Shown here: positions 38,130 through 52,399 of the stretch, one piece after another | Layout of the letters: each line of letters starts with the position of its first letter | Position numbering within the stretch: position 1 is the stretch's first letter | Assembly (NCBI RefSeq): GCF_036321535.1 | Contig: NC_087437.1 | Location: 32,800,001-32,864,000 of the forward strand | DNA from: Camelus dromedarius | Lineage: Eukaryota | Reading direction: 5' to 3' | DNA: 64,000 bases | Made by a program: the position numbers and the translations under genes | Notes under the pieces: model-generated | What the model was told of the DNA's origin: nothing | Seen by the model: only the letters and a program-made list of their open reading frames with translations | The model's database searches: none

Positions 38130-39250
38130 GCTTAAATATATTTTGTCATTAAAGTCACCACCTCAGCTTTATTTTGGTTCATGTTTGCCTGGCTTTATCT
38201 TTTACTATCTCTTTTTTGAAAACCTTTCTGAATCCTTTTGTTTTATGAGTCTCTTGTGAATCACACATTGCTGGATTTGTTTGTTACCCAAACTAAGAAT
38301 CTTCACTGGCAGTTTAATTCTGGATTGTTATGAGTGACCTTTCTTTAGTTTTCTTTTAAGTCATTGATTACTTAGACTACAATAATTACTATGTTCTATG
38401 CCAGCCTTTACTTGCTTTATGTTGTTGCTTCTTCCTGGATTTATTTCTCTTCTTACTGCATTACATTCCTCAGAACTTGTTTCAAATAATGTCTTTGTAT
38501 GGTGAATATCCTGAGACCTTGTAGTTTAAAATTTTCTTTATTTTTCCTTTAAATACTAGTTTATTTGCTGTATATAAATTCTAGGGTCACAGTCTTTTTT
38601 CTTAAAAACACTTTCTCTTGGAAGTTAATACTCCATTGTTTAGCATAGTGTCGCAAAGTCTGGTGTCAGTGTTATTCTTCCTTTATGGAGGATTGTGCTT
38701 TTTCTTTCTAGAAACTTTGCCTTTTCTCTTGATCTGTAATAGTCTTAATGACCTTTATATTATGCTTTGCTGTGGATTTTCCTTTAACTATACAGTTCAG
38801 TGCTCTATGTACCCTTGCAATCTAAGATGTGAGTATTTCTATATCTAGGAAATTTTGGCCATTATTTATTCAAATATTTCTTCTTTTATTTTGTCTTTGC
38901 TTTCCTTCTATGATTCCTATTATATAGGTGTTTACAATTCTACTCCTGTTCTTAATTTTATCTCTTGTTTATTCTGTCTTTTCATCCCTTTCCTGTGCCT
39001 TCTGGGAGAGTTGTTCTACCCAGTGTTCCAGCTTACTAATTCATTCTCGGTCTGTAGCTGTTGTGCTTTCAATTCATGCTCTGAATTCTTTACTTCAAAC
39101 TATTGTATTTCTAATACTCATGATCATATTGATTCTTTTTCATAACTTTTTTCATATTTAATATCTAAAAATCTTCCCTTATCTTTGAATATGTTATTAT
39201 ACTTACATTATATTCTTGTTCAATCTATTCTGTTTTCTCTGGATGAGCTT
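38130..39250 (-). mobile_element. Very old LINE-1 (L1ME-like) fragment
   Basis: cagctttattttggttcatgtttgcctgg; ggaaattttggccattatttattcaaatatttcttc (antisense ORF1/ORF2 boundary region). Confidence 0.6.
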
Positions 39251-39689
39251 GCTTTCTTTGTTGTTTTTCTGTTCTTGTGCCTGCACACCTCAGAGGTCTT
39301 AATACTTTCCTCATGTGTCTCTTTTATTTCTTTGCAACATTCAGCTGCCTTAGCTAGTAATTTTAATCTAAGAAGAGGGGTGAAAATCTAAGCTCTGGCT
39401 TGTGCTTCTCGAGGTTAATTGTTCTACTCTGGACACAGTCAACCACTTTTTCCATTGTGTTATCCTACAATTCCAAAAACAACACAAACCAAAACAAAGC
39501 AAAGCAACCATCTACCACACACATGCACCCAACTCCCAGTACTGTTCTTCCAAATCGCTACTCACTTTTGTAGTTGCCTTGATTCTTTGAGTGGTATTGG
39601 GCTGGGTAGGACCACTCAGAAACCTGAGATGGTTGCTACTGACTCTCCATCCAGGCTTGTCTTGGTGATGGTTACATGTTAGACTCTTA

Positions 39690-40440
39690 TTAGTTGAATA
39701 CATACTCTGATTCAGACACCGTATTGGATGCTGGGGTATAAAAATTAGAAAGATGCAGTCCATGTCCATGTTCTCAAGGAGTTTTCATTTTAGTGGTTGT
39801 CAATGGGAAAGTAAATAGGTATTTATAATAAAGTGTGGGAACTTTGTGATGTGAACACATGGGAAAGAGTTCATTACTTCATTTGTGAGGAAGAGTTTTC
39901 CTCAGTGAAAGTATAGTTTAGGTTGACTCCTGAAGAATGTTTTCGTTCTTTAGAGAGATGAGGAGAGTTGGAGGAGGTTCGGAGAAAAGCAACATCTCAG
40001 GGAGAGAGAGTGAGTGGCTCAGTGATGATTGAAGCAAGGTTGTTACGTAGTTTTTTTTATGGCTGTGCTGTCACTTTCCATGTGATATAACTTTGGCAAG
40101 ATAACGGGGAATTAGTAAATTGGAGTGTAGCGGGATATCATGGATTTTAAGAAGGGAATTGACATGATCAAGCTTACATTTTAGAAAGATCTTGATGTAT
40201 TATGGAGATGAATTGACATGGGGCAAGGCAGGGGTCATTGGGACCCATTGAGAAGCTTTGCAGAAATCAGGGAGAGAATGGATAATGGCCTAAAATAATG
40301 ATACAGCTGTGAAGATAGAAAGAAGTTGTTAAATCTAAATGATAATAAAGGATGTTGCATAGCCAAAACCCTGTGGTTGGTTACATTTGTTTATATTTGG
40401 TAGTGAAGGAAAGGGCATGTGTCAAGGATTATGTCTGGTT
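39690..40440 (-). mobile_element. LINE-2 relic
   Basis: ggatgctggggtata...ctcaaggagttttcattttagtgg; ggattttaagaagggaattgacatgatc...cattttagaaagatc. Confidence 0.65.
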
Positions 40441-42787
40441 TTCTTTCAGGCATTACATTCAAAATGCAAGTTTCCTAAAATCACTTTATTTAAAGAATCA
40501 CTTGGAAGTATAGCCAAACCAACCTTTTCTTTCTTTCTTTTTTTTTCTTTAAATAATAGTTTCTTATCTCTGATTCCAAAATGCAAATAGCTCAGAAAAT
40601 TGGGAGGTTTTCCCTAAGTTTGTGGCAAAGTCAGTTAATAGCAAAACCTATCCTGAAATGAGTCTATTTATAGTCTTTGTTTATCCCACTTTAGGTGGAC
40701 ATTCATGTTTCTTTCTGAATTATTAATATGTATGATGATGAGATGCTTCTTCAAGCCTTGCTATCAGTGTTTTATGACATACATTATATGTACCTTACTA
40801 CCTTTCTTAAAATCCAGAATATTCTGATGAAGCATGTCTAGCCTCAGTGGTTTCAGATAATAAATTATGGACTTGTGTATTTTGAGTCTTAGCATTTTTG
40901 TTCTTTTATATTGCAACATTATTTTCTATTAAGAACCATTACATGACAATGTAGCCATGGGGGAGAAATGAAATAGATGTGTATTATATGGTATAAACTC
41001 CAAGGTAGATTGCCAAGTGAAGGTAGAAAACAGTGTGTGTAGTATGCTTCTGTCTGGGTTAAAAAAAACAACAACAACAGAAGAAGAGACACACACAGAT
41101 ACACACACAAGCATACACACAGAGCATAGACTATTTTAGAAGAACAAACACATAGCTAATATCAGTGATTGAGACCTGGGAGTCAGTGATGGGAGGACGA
41201 TTTAATTTTATTGCAATGTGTATACACACACGTATACATATCTTACACTGTCAGATATATTATTCTTTTTATTTAAATTTTAAATTGCACAAATGGCTGT
41301 ATGAGCATGACCTTGTGAAAACGTTAAAGATTCATTTTACTTCCAGCTCCAATACATGCATTAATTGTATAATAATACAGTTTAAATAATTATTTATGTA
41401 GCTATTGGCCTTCTCTGACACCTTGTTGCAATTTATTTCTATCATTTGTCATTTAGGACTGCATCCAGAGAATGAGTTTCAGAAATCCTTAAAATTTTAA
41501 ACGTTGAATATATAGTATTACTAAGATTGCCAGAAGTAGAAAGCAGAGGAGAATGGCTAAAGATGAGTGCTAATCAGTAGACACTGGAATTTATTCCCAA
41601 GATACCAGACTGGGCAGTTGGGAGCAAAGGTTGGAAACCATGAGAATAGTTTTCAAGCAGTAGATCCAAAGGGAAAAGATAGGGAAATTTGAAAAGATTG
41701 TATAGCAAGACAAATGAAACAGCAGTAAGTAGATTTTTGCCCCCCCCCCAAAAAAGAATTGGAGACAAAATAAAGAGAAAAGGAATAAAATTGAGGCCCC
41801 TTCAGAGAAAGAAAGGTGTGGGGAAAAGATTAAACATAATGAATGCAAAAATACTGCTGTTGGATGTTTTATAATTATTTCCTGCAGAGTGGTAGAAGTA
41901 TAATTTTATGTTAAAACAAATAAGGCGTGGCATTTATGATGGAATTAAAATACTACTTGGTCAGAGTGAGAAAAGTCAAAGTCCATTTGTCTCTAATTTT
42001 CATTGACTGAAATCAGCAAAAATACCGAAGTATTTGCCATATTTTGCCAAATGTGTATTTAAGTTATCTTTGCTACGTGTACAGTTACTTGTATTTTTAG
42101 TTTTATCAGCAGTCTTTTTTAAAGTGAAAAACAAGAAATTAAATACTTAATGTATATCATGATATTTTATGTTTGTGTTTCCATTGGTGATATTCTGGTT
42201 TTTAATATTACAGAAGTCTTAGTTCCTGATTTGTAGTGGGCACTAAGTTAATAAATTAATGGCAGGAAAAAATTTAAGATTTAGTTATTTAGCCATTGTG
42301 CTCACAAACATTCTTTTTGTGCATAATCTTTATATAAAAATGTAACCATGAATGGATGGATATTTGATAAAGCAAATATACTAAAATGGCAATTGTAGAT
42401 TCTACATGGTGGATACAATCTGTATGTTTGAACATTTTCATAATAAATGTTGAAAAAACATAAAATCTAATGAAAAAACTAATGTAAAATGAAGACAGTA
42501 TGCAAGTAATAAGATAATAATATACTTGATTTCTTTCCACTGACTGAAAAATCTGAAACATTCTTTCTGTTAATGGAATATCAATTTTAGTGGTAGTACT
42601 ATTATTAGGTGTAAATAAATTATCTGTTCCCTAAGGAAATTGTTTTGTCCTTAAAAACAGTGTTACTATGAATATCAAGAAAGATATATGAAAAAATTAC
42701 GAGTTTATAAAATATTTTTGAGGTAAACATAAGTTGCAGCAGACAAGGGCTTAACAACTATTTAGAACTTTTATTCTTCTATTTTAG

Positions 42788-42824
42788 GGAATCTGGAAAC
42801 ATCAAAGCTGGATTAGAACATCTG
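42788..42824 (+). CDS. RSRC1: Internal 37-nt coding exon of arginine/serine-rich coiled-coil protein 1 (SRrp53)
   Basis: Acceptor cttttattcttctattttAG (AG 42786-87), branch-like CTTAAC 42750-55 and consensus donor CTG|GTAAGT (42825). It reads G GAA TCT GGA AAC ATC AAA GCT GGA TTA GAA CAT CTG = (G)[12 protein letters not shown], matching the recalled RSRC1 segment ...[28 protein letters not shown]. Phase 2 in, phase 0 out. Confidence 0.93.
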
Positions 42825-45423
42825 GTAAGTTCTAATTTTCTCTTGAACATTTGCATCATCTTTGATATCTGCATTCTAAATGAACACTTTTGAATGAGCT
42901 TTGAATACCTTGTATTGAGAAAGTCAACCATTTCCCAAAGGGTCAGCTTACCGTTATTATGTGAAGGCACTTACATTTTCATTTATCTTATCATTTCAAG
43001 GGAATTAAATTTTTTTTAAATTACTTTTTTTTTTTGATGTAGAGATGAAATAAAATGGATGACAATCCTTGGATTGATGATTGCTTTAATTATAAACAAA
43101 AATGTTTGGTGTAGAATTTTTGGCATATCTTGATCTGACAAAAACAAGCTTGTGTTTTAAGAAAAACACAATCAAATATTGCATGCATAAATATGGTATG
43201 TTTTAGCAATTTAACGGCTTTGAAAGAAGGCACAGCTTTGTTTTTCCTGATGTCTTTGCTTTATGAATAATGCATTGGTTTGGTTAAAATACATTCAGTT
43301 TTAGAATATAAAATAATTGAGATGCAAAATTTTTGGTTTAAGTAAACATTTTTAAAGCACAACATTAAAATCTGTCCACTGATCAAAAAATTGGAAAAGC
43401 TGTTATATTATACCTGGTCCAAAATTCCTTGAGTTCACCACACTGAGTGTTTGTTATAACATTAAGTAGTTCATTTAAACAGAGCATTATAAAGTCATGC
43501 TCTGGTTTCTGGTCAAATCCAAATGTTGAATAATTAATGATAGAGATTCTTTTGTAAATACAATCTAAGTACTTTTTTAATGCGAGACTCCATTCGTATA
43601 TCATATTGTAGCTTTGTTAACTATTAATGTGCTTTTGTTCTGCTCCCACATAGCAAACAGTGGTAATGGACAGCTTCATTTTTATTAATAGTAGTTTTTG
43701 GTTTGGAAAGGATTTTTGGTTTTCCTGTCAATGGCTAAAGGAAACTGAGGAAATCTAGACTTTTGAAAAATGATCAAATGACCGTAAAAATTACAGACTA
43801 ATTATTAAAAAACAGAATATAAGAACCTAGTTAGAAAAATTCAGCTACATGTATTTGTCCAGGTCAGATGTAAGTAAATAACATTGTTATTTTCATTATT
43901 AGAAATTATTTCTCAAATTTCTGTTTATCACTTCATAGTGGCTCATTTATTTAGGACATACATATGGGCATCAGAATAAAAAGATTAATGTAGCAAGTCT
44001 AATACCAGAATCATTTGGGGCCTTATAACAAGGAAGGACAGGTTACATAGTGCCAAAATGAGCTGTCTTTTATACTTGTTTTGTAAACTATTATTTAGTA
44101 AAAAGACTTTATATTTATTTGGTTTATTTTCATCAGTAAATGAGTTAGATCTTTTTTAGTTTAAATTTCATATTTTTACACTTACTAGTGTGAACTTATT
44201 TTCAGTGACTATTTCATGCATTTATACTCTACTTGTGATCTTATGCAGCAGTGGTTTTTCTAACTGCCTTGGGCTGCCAGGAAGACTCCACAAAGCAGGT
44301 GGCACTCAGACTTCCATGGCCCACTTAAACCAGAATAGTTAGACTTTTAGTCATTTTATGTACTTTCAATTTTAAAATAAGATTTCATCTGAAGAAAGAA
44401 TTCTTCAACTAAAAATATTTAAAACCCTTTGATGAAGTATAACCACTTGTATTGCAGTTAGGAGTAATTGTTCGCTAATTATTCTTTTCTATTCTTGACT
44501 CTAAGTTATATTTCAATTTTAATCTGGGTAATATACCTCAAATATATTTTAAAGATACACATTTTAGGGATGAGAAAGCCAAGACTTGTATAACAGGTAG
44601 TGGAAGTAGATGATTTTAATGCATTTTATCTAAGTTATTCAAAAGACACTATAACTTGACGTTGTAAAATTGACCCACTGACTGAACTATTAACAATAAT
44701 GTGAATGCATCAATACATAATATCAAATATATATACATATATATTGTGTTGTACACTAATAATATTCAGTATAAATTTAAGTCAGTTAAGGAAAATGACA
44801 TAAGCATTATGTTATACTTGCCACAAAGACACAGACACAGTTGCACTGTCTTTATACTGTTTATGGGCTCTTCTTGGTATTCAGTTATCTGTAACCCGAG
44901 TAAAGATAGGTGGACTCCCTGGAACCTTGTCAAAGGCTGATTTCATTTATTTGTCACAATCTTTGTCCCATCATTCGTTTCCTTCTATGTTACCAGCTCT
45001 TCCTGGGAACTGTGCAGCATGCCATTCTTAGTTTAAATTTCTTATAATATTCTCCCCAAGACATTTTATTTTTCTTCTCACAAACTTGTCTACTATCCAT
45101 AAAGCCTATGTCTGTTTAAAATTCTAGACAGAACATTTGAAGGTTGGCGCCCATCATCCATTGATGATTCTTTTCTCCATATACCCACACCTGCTTTCTC
45201 CTGTCTCGAGTTACCCTTCCTGTGCTTTTTGTAAAATTAAGAATATATGTGTATATATATATAGGTACATGCATATGTGTATGTAGTCCTATTTCCACTT
45301 TCTTATAAAAGCATACTGTATATACTTTTTTGTATTGCTCACTTAGCAGTATGTCCTGGAAATCACTCCATAGTTACTGTATGTATCATTATATTTACTG
45401 TGTTTCTTTCTCTGTTTAGCTGT

Positions 45424-45882
45424 GTTTTCTTTATTAAGGGTCTGAGATTTTAGCCCCAGTTGCATGCCTGCCAGCCTTTCACAGATGCTGGCAGAAGACA
45501 CAAGATTGCCTGGGTCAGAGAGAAAGCATTTTCTTACTAACAGCACAAAAAGTAGCATATACTTCATGGTTGTATAGGTTCCCCTTGATCCTCAAGTCCC
45601 ATAGGGTGATGCTGCATACCCAGGGGTTTTGTGTCATAGCTGAGGGGCTCCAGATTTAAGAGTTCTTTAAGGAGCTGTTAGAAAATCTGCCCAAACTTGC
45701 CCAAGAGGAAAACATTATTTTTATTATCCTAGTTAGGTAACAAAACTGCCTTCTGACCTAGGGGAAGATTCTGTCTCTCTTCCAAGACTGCTATACAAAA
45801 CATCTTTGAAAAGATAGTTCTGCACAAAGGCTGATGGCTGTTGAAAGATGTGCAGAACATTATAGAGAATTGTCTCTGAAGA
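45424..45882 (-). mobile_element. ERVL solo LTR, MER54/MER73/MER74-like
   Basis: Reverse complement contains GAGACAATTCTC at the start, CTCTGACCCAGGCAATCTTGTGTCTTCTGCCAGCATC and AAAATCTCAGACCCTT at the end. Possible 5-bp TSD GCTGT / GCTAT. Confidence 0.75.
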
Positions 45883-47614
45883 GCTATTATAATTATGAGG
45901 ATGAAACTTAGGAAGGTTTGTGCTTTTGTTCTAGTGGTTACCTTTGTATTTATACCCTTTACAATGCTTTTAATCCCCCTTAATCCTATTTAACCTTTTA
46001 AATGGCATCCTTTGACTCCCACCTATTACCTTCATTATAGAAGTTGCTCCTGTTATTCTTTCCCTTTCTTCCTTTTTCCTCCTGTTTAATCTTGCTGTGT
46101 TCTTGCTTCTTGTTAGAATGTGAAATGTATGCATACTGTTCTTCCGTCCATGCTGTTACCTCCTTTTAGAATCAATTCTCAAATTAAATATAGTAAATAT
46201 TTGTCATCAGTTTGTTTGCTCTTATTTCCCCACTTACCTCCTGTTTGTATAAAACTTACCCACTAGTATATTACTCAGGAAAGGCTCCTGTGTGCAGTAA
46301 TCCCTAGGATCTTGCACATTCCAAGCTGTTTTCTGGAGTCTTGCCACTTGAATGGCAGCTTGACTGGACATAAAATCTTTGGCTTTTTTTCCTTGGCATT
46401 CTTTAAATATTATTCTGCTCTTGATATCTCTGGTACCACCCTTATTTTTTTACCCTTACAGATAATTAGGGTTTTTTTCCTTGAGGCATTGCCATTTTTT
46501 TCATCGGCCTTGTTTTGCTAGAATAATTCACAAAGTTGATTGTTTCTGGCTAATTTTTCTGGGGATGAATTGCTTTCTATTTTAGTGTTGTACTTTGTTT
46601 TTCTGGGGATGATTTTTGTTTGTACGTCAATTATGTATTCAATTTACAACTACTGTTAGGAGTGTGGAGCGGTCTATGGAAATTTTTACCTCAAAAGAGA
46701 AATGCATAATAGAAAATGGTGGAAATCAATGTTGAGTAGACCTTGAATCCTAAGGAGTCTTCCTGTGGGAATCCTGCTGAATAGTCAGCTGAATTGAATA
46801 CAGAACATCTCCAGAGTTCAGTGTCCATATCCATTTAAAGACTTAGAGAAAATGAGTGAAAACATTGCTTATAATGTTGTGCTTAGATTTCATAATGACC
46901 TTAAGGAAATAATACTTTTTGTTTGATGAAGAATTACATACAAATTAAAGACCTTCCAGTGTGACCCCAGTGTATGTCTGTTAACGCAATAGGGTTAAAG
47001 GGGTAGAGGTGGGTGGTTATTAGGTGGTGATGTTACTTCTAACTTTTTTTTATTAACAGTGTCCTAAGGTGTGGAAAAGTGACTCTAAGTTGTCTGTAAC
47101 ATCAAAGGTAGCTGACTCCATATTTTTCTCCCATCTTACGTTTAAAAATTCTGGATAATATAGTGAGTAGTAGCCCTTATTGAACTACTGAATGGGAATC
47201 AAAATGTTTACTTTTTAGAGTGTTTTTAATACAGTCAGGTAGGTGATATTAACATGCATTTTTATTTTTACATTATGAAAATGTACAAGAGATAGAACCT
47301 TGCCATTTGATTACAATACAGCTATTACTGTTTTATTAGTAAACTAAAAATAATGCTACCCTTTCCTCTTGGGAGAAGAATTGAGATCTGAATATATTAG
47401 GTTGGGCTATATGAAAAATTGTCACCTTTTTTAGGTCAAAATAGTTTCGTGGCTTGTTTCTGGCTTGAAAGAAGGACTGCTGTGCCATGCCCCCTTTGGC
47501 AGGGAATGTAGTGAATTATCCTGATCAGTATGTATTTCTAAAACTTCCCTTGTTCTCTTTTCTGAAAAGTCAGATAACTGGGGGTGGGTTGGGGTGGGGA
47601 GACATGATCTAGGT

Positions 47615-47755
47615 CAGTGCTTCACCATCTTTAATGTGCATATGAATCTCCTGGGGATGTTGTTTAAACTCTGGATCTGGGGTGGGATGAGTTTCTGCAT
47701 TTAGCAAGCTCCCAAGTGAGGCTGATGCTGCTGGTCCAGCGACCACCAGAAAAAG
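47615..47755. mobile_element. hAT-Charlie MITE, MER5-like
   Basis: cagtgcttc...gcatatgaatctcctgggga...tctgcatttagcaagctcccaagtgaggctgatgctgctggtcc. Confidence 0.8.
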
Positions 47756-50315
47756 AAGTCCATTGAAAGACATTGACTTGAAAGACATGTGTCCAATGAA
47801 TTAAGCCCTCTGCATCTGATGAAAAATCTAGATGTTTCCTCCATATACTCATTGAGTCTGATTCTACAACCTATGAATGATTGGTTGGGCATTCATAAAT
47901 CCAGAGAGACAGACACTCCACAGGTTACTTCAGAGCCAAAAAAATTCATCATCTTACTCTGCAAGAGAAACAGAGGGCTAATTTTTTTTCCCTTATTTTG
48001 GTTCTGAATATTAAGTTGTATATTTCAGAGCTGGATCTGGACACTAGGACTAATAATACTTTGTTCAGCATAAGGTGGGAAGTTAAATAAGTGATGATAA
48101 ATCTTTTAGTAAAAAGAGTAACAAGTATTTACAACTTTAAGTGGGATTTGCTTTCTATTAATAGTTGAATAGCAAAAGAACTCTGGAGCCATACCTGTGG
48201 GTTTTTTCTCCCCACAGAGGTCTCATTTATGTTTCTTATATTGTATAACATTTGAGAGTGATGACCTACTTGTCCTTGTGGTCAGGCAACACAGTCTGAC
48301 CGTTTTTAGTATTGAAAAGCAACTGTCATTAATAGCTTGTTTAGCCCATCAGTGGTTTGTAGAATGTAGTCGCTGCTTGCCAGAAATGTAGGCTGACCCA
48401 TTGCTATTACGTACTCATCAATAATAATACGACATTATAATAAAAGCCCTTTCCTCTCTGCTTTAGGCTATTTTACATAGAACTTGCAAGTAAAACCTCT
48501 GTATTTCAGTTCACAGACTAATAATTTTATATAACACAAGCATAGACACAATTAATGTATTATTGTCATACTTTTGAGGATTCAAGCAGAGGTTATGAAC
48601 CCTATTCTAAAGTCATTAGTCTTTTGTTTGTTGCATTTTAAAATATCTGTCTTATTTTAATATTTCCCCACTGTGTTCTGAAAAAATGTGTGTGTTTTTT
48701 AAATAGACTTTATTCTTTTAGAGCAGTTTCAGGTTCACAACAGAATTGAGCAGCAGATACACATAGCCCTCCCCACACTGGCAAAAAATGTTTTTGACAT
48801 TTGTCTAAATGAGTTTGAGAACATAGTTATCTCAAAATGCACTGCTGTTACTCGTATATTGTATATATTTATTAAACACTGATGAAAAATATTTATTACT
48901 TCATATACTATTTAATGACTTCACTGTAATAGATCCCTCTCCTCCCCGCATTTTGATTTTTTTTCACTTAAGCCAATATATATTTGAGGTTTAGGGTAAA
49001 TGTGCATATTAAAATAGACACTTCTGCAATCGTGAGTTAAAATAGCATGAATTTTTTCTTCCTTCTAGAAGATCAATTCCATACTTTTTTTCTCTTTCCT
49101 TTTAACAAACAAGTGTGTCCTGTGAATGTGTGCAAATTAAAATACATTTAATGTGGATTAAATGTTAATGTCATATTACTGCCATGATTTCTTAGGCAGT
49201 TTAACAGGTCTTAAATCTGGGGACCGGCTCACATTTCAGACAGAAACAGTAGCTTGTCAGTGATCCAATTTTCTGACACATTTTGATCAGTTAAAAGTTT
49301 ATTAAAAATTGCTTCTGCAGTAAATGATTAATAAATATTACCTCATCATCCAAACAGCATAAACTTGGGTCCTTTTTCTACCCTTTCTCCATCCCCTCTC
49401 TTCCAAAGAGTGATCTGTCTGTTGCATTTTTAAGAAACAGTGTTCTTAGTAGAAAATGGTGGCCAGTTAGCTTTAAAAAATGACTATATCATGATATTAC
49501 TAATAGTCTCAGATTTATGCTTAATCTAGATAAAATTTATTTTTTGACTTTTGTGCACATGTGCTTATTAAAGCTTTACAAAGTAAAACTAAATATTCTA
49601 AGTGTATTAAATAACTTCCCCTTCCCATTATTCAAGAGTCTGAAAGTCAGGCCTTCTCGAAACCACCAGAGTAACTTAATATTGTATTCCAATTTTTTTC
49701 TCATATTCTAGTTCAGGACACCATAGGTTCTGCTTTGTTGCAGAGAACCCCACAAGGTACCTGGTAATTATTTCATGCTTTTCTCAGGATTTAAGGTCTA
49801 TAACTGCATAGAGAGAGCTAGTAGCAAAGGTAAAAAGTTTGTTTTTTATTTTTCCAATCAATGCATTAGGAGTTAAGATGGAGAATGCCTTTGCCACAGT
49901 GGTATCTTTGGTCACAGTCATTACCATTTGTCACAGATCCACAGCATCTGTATTTAACTTAACATACCCAGCCTGTTTATTTTTATAAGAGCATAGCAGG
50001 AGGAGTCAGGATTTTACTGTGTGAGCTCCAGCAATGCACACAGCCTCTCTGTTTCACTTCTTTCATTTTCTCCCTATTTATAGGGTGTTGAAATAGTGTG
50101 TGAAAATTTGTATAAGCATGAGACTTTCTACAGGTATATCATTTATATAATAGAGAAAGAAAAATATCTTAACTGTTTCAGTTATGTAAGTAACTTCAGA
50201 TTGCTAAAAACAGTATTTCAGTTCTAATATACTCACAGTGAGCTGTGAGAAAAATTTGTCCTTTATTTGCTCACATCCTCTCCCTTTAAAAAATTTATTA
50301 TATACTTTTAAAAGG

Positions 50316-50505
50316 TATAAAGTATTACATGTTTATTGTAATGGGCCAAAACTGATAGTTATATAAAGGAAAAAATATATATCTTCTTCTATCTGCCAGT
50401 AATCCAGTGTTATAAAGTATTACATGTTTATTGTAATGGGTCAAAACTGATAGTTATATAAAGGAAAAAATATATATCTTCTTCTATCTGCCACTAATCC
50501 AGTGT
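50316..50505. repeat. 95-bp direct tandem duplication (2 mismatches)
   Basis: 50316-50410 and 50411-50505 are identical except gggcc/gggtc and ccagta/ccacta. Confidence 0.97.
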
Positions 50506-52399
50506 TAATAGTTTAGTGCCCTTCCTTCTGTACTTTGCTCTATTCCCAGATGTACATATGCATATATTACTTAGCATTTTGTTTATTTATAAAATAGAAT
50601 CATACTATATATGATGTTTTACAACTTGCATTTTTTATTTGTTCAGTGCTTGATACAGTATGCATATATACACACATAAATCTGGTTTTTTTTGCTGGAA
50701 ATCTGTCAAAATATTGAAAGTTAATACTATTAACCACTTTATTTAACACATTCATTAGGGAAGTTTGAGGACTCTAAAATTTGCATTTTAAGGAGTCAGT
50801 GCAGATATAGTTTTATTTTCATTTTTGATTACCTTGATTCTAGTATATGAAAGAACAGGCTTATGAAATTTACAGTTATCAATAGAAAAAGAAATGAGTT
50901 ACTTTATTAAAGAAAATCTTATTTGATATTTACAAAAAACAAGTAAAGAAAATTAGATTAGAAAAGGAACAAGAGACATCTTTAAATACGTTTCAGGTTT
51001 ATTATAGACTAGCATTTTTTAATTGATATTTTGACACGACTGTGAGATATTTATTACTGTCTTCAATCTTTACTATTTACCATGTCATATACTATAATTT
51101 ATTTCCTGGTTGACTGTACGTTTTGAGTGAATATTCACCTTTGTCCCCTCAGCACCTACTCTTGCAAATAGTCAGTAAGCAGTTATTGAATTGTTTCGAA
51201 ATTGAAAAAAAAAACCATTGATATATTGCTTGGGAATGTTGTCACAATTTTTTTTTTTAAAGGTCAGAGAGATTCAGTTTATTTTTAAAGTTCTTTGTGC
51301 TCCCTGAGTGGGCAAAACTGGATGTGAAGGCTTGAGTTTACAGTAGAAATCATTAGTGACTTCTTCCATGATCTGGCTAGATGGAGTTTTCTTAACTGAG
51401 CCCCTATGAATATTACTGCCCAGGAAAAAATTACTTTTCCTTAGTGTTGTGGGGGTTTTTGTTTGTTTTGTTTTGTTTCTTTGAAAAGGTAGCAGAGTGC
51501 TGGAAAAGAACTGGGTTAGGATTGGGATTGGGTGAACTGGCTCTAAGCACTTGTGCTTAGCCTTTAGAGGATTCAGTTTGGTCATATGCAAAGTAAGGAG
51601 TATAAACTAGAAGATTGCTAAGGCTCTTTCTAGCTTAAAATACATGATTCTAGAAAGAAAAATCTTTGTATGCTTAGCATATAAAATCTTGTATCCTTAA
51701 GTCACTACTTTAGATAACTAACTTAATGGAGATTATCAAAATGTAGTTAGCTGTGTATTGTTATACTGGAGAATCATAAACAATTTTATGTATTTAAAAT
51801 TATGTATAGATAAATTTTTATTCAAAATCATTTTTGGGTGAGAGACCATATTACTATTATTTTACTTATTTCTAAATATTTTAATATTTATCTAAAAAGA
51901 ATAACATTAGCTCAGAAAACTAAGCTTTAAAGGACACTGCTAGTATAAAAAACATACAAGGGGATGGTTGCAGGTAAACGCTAGTAATTTAATTCCATTT
52001 TTGTCTTCTGAGTTTCATTCTTGAGGGGAGAACTAAAATATAAACTTTTTGTTTTTCTTATGAATTTCTTTTTAATTTCTAAATTTTTAATAATGAAATT
52101 TTAAACATACAAAAGTAATATAACAGATCACCGTTTCCTGCCAATCAGATTTAACAGATCCATATTGTTTTGTAGTGGAATCTTTTAATTTAATAACAAG
52201 TAAGAGTTTTGATTAAAAGATAGCTTTACGTTTCCAAATGGCTAAATATTTGGGTTGAAATTTCTGAGAACTACAGCCAAGTTTAGGTTCTGCCTGAAAT
52301 GCTTTACATTTTACCCTGTAGTTAATGATGATGATATTTGTTCCAAAATTTAGACTGACTATTGTTTTGTTGATGTGTAAAAGATTCTGGTATGTACAT

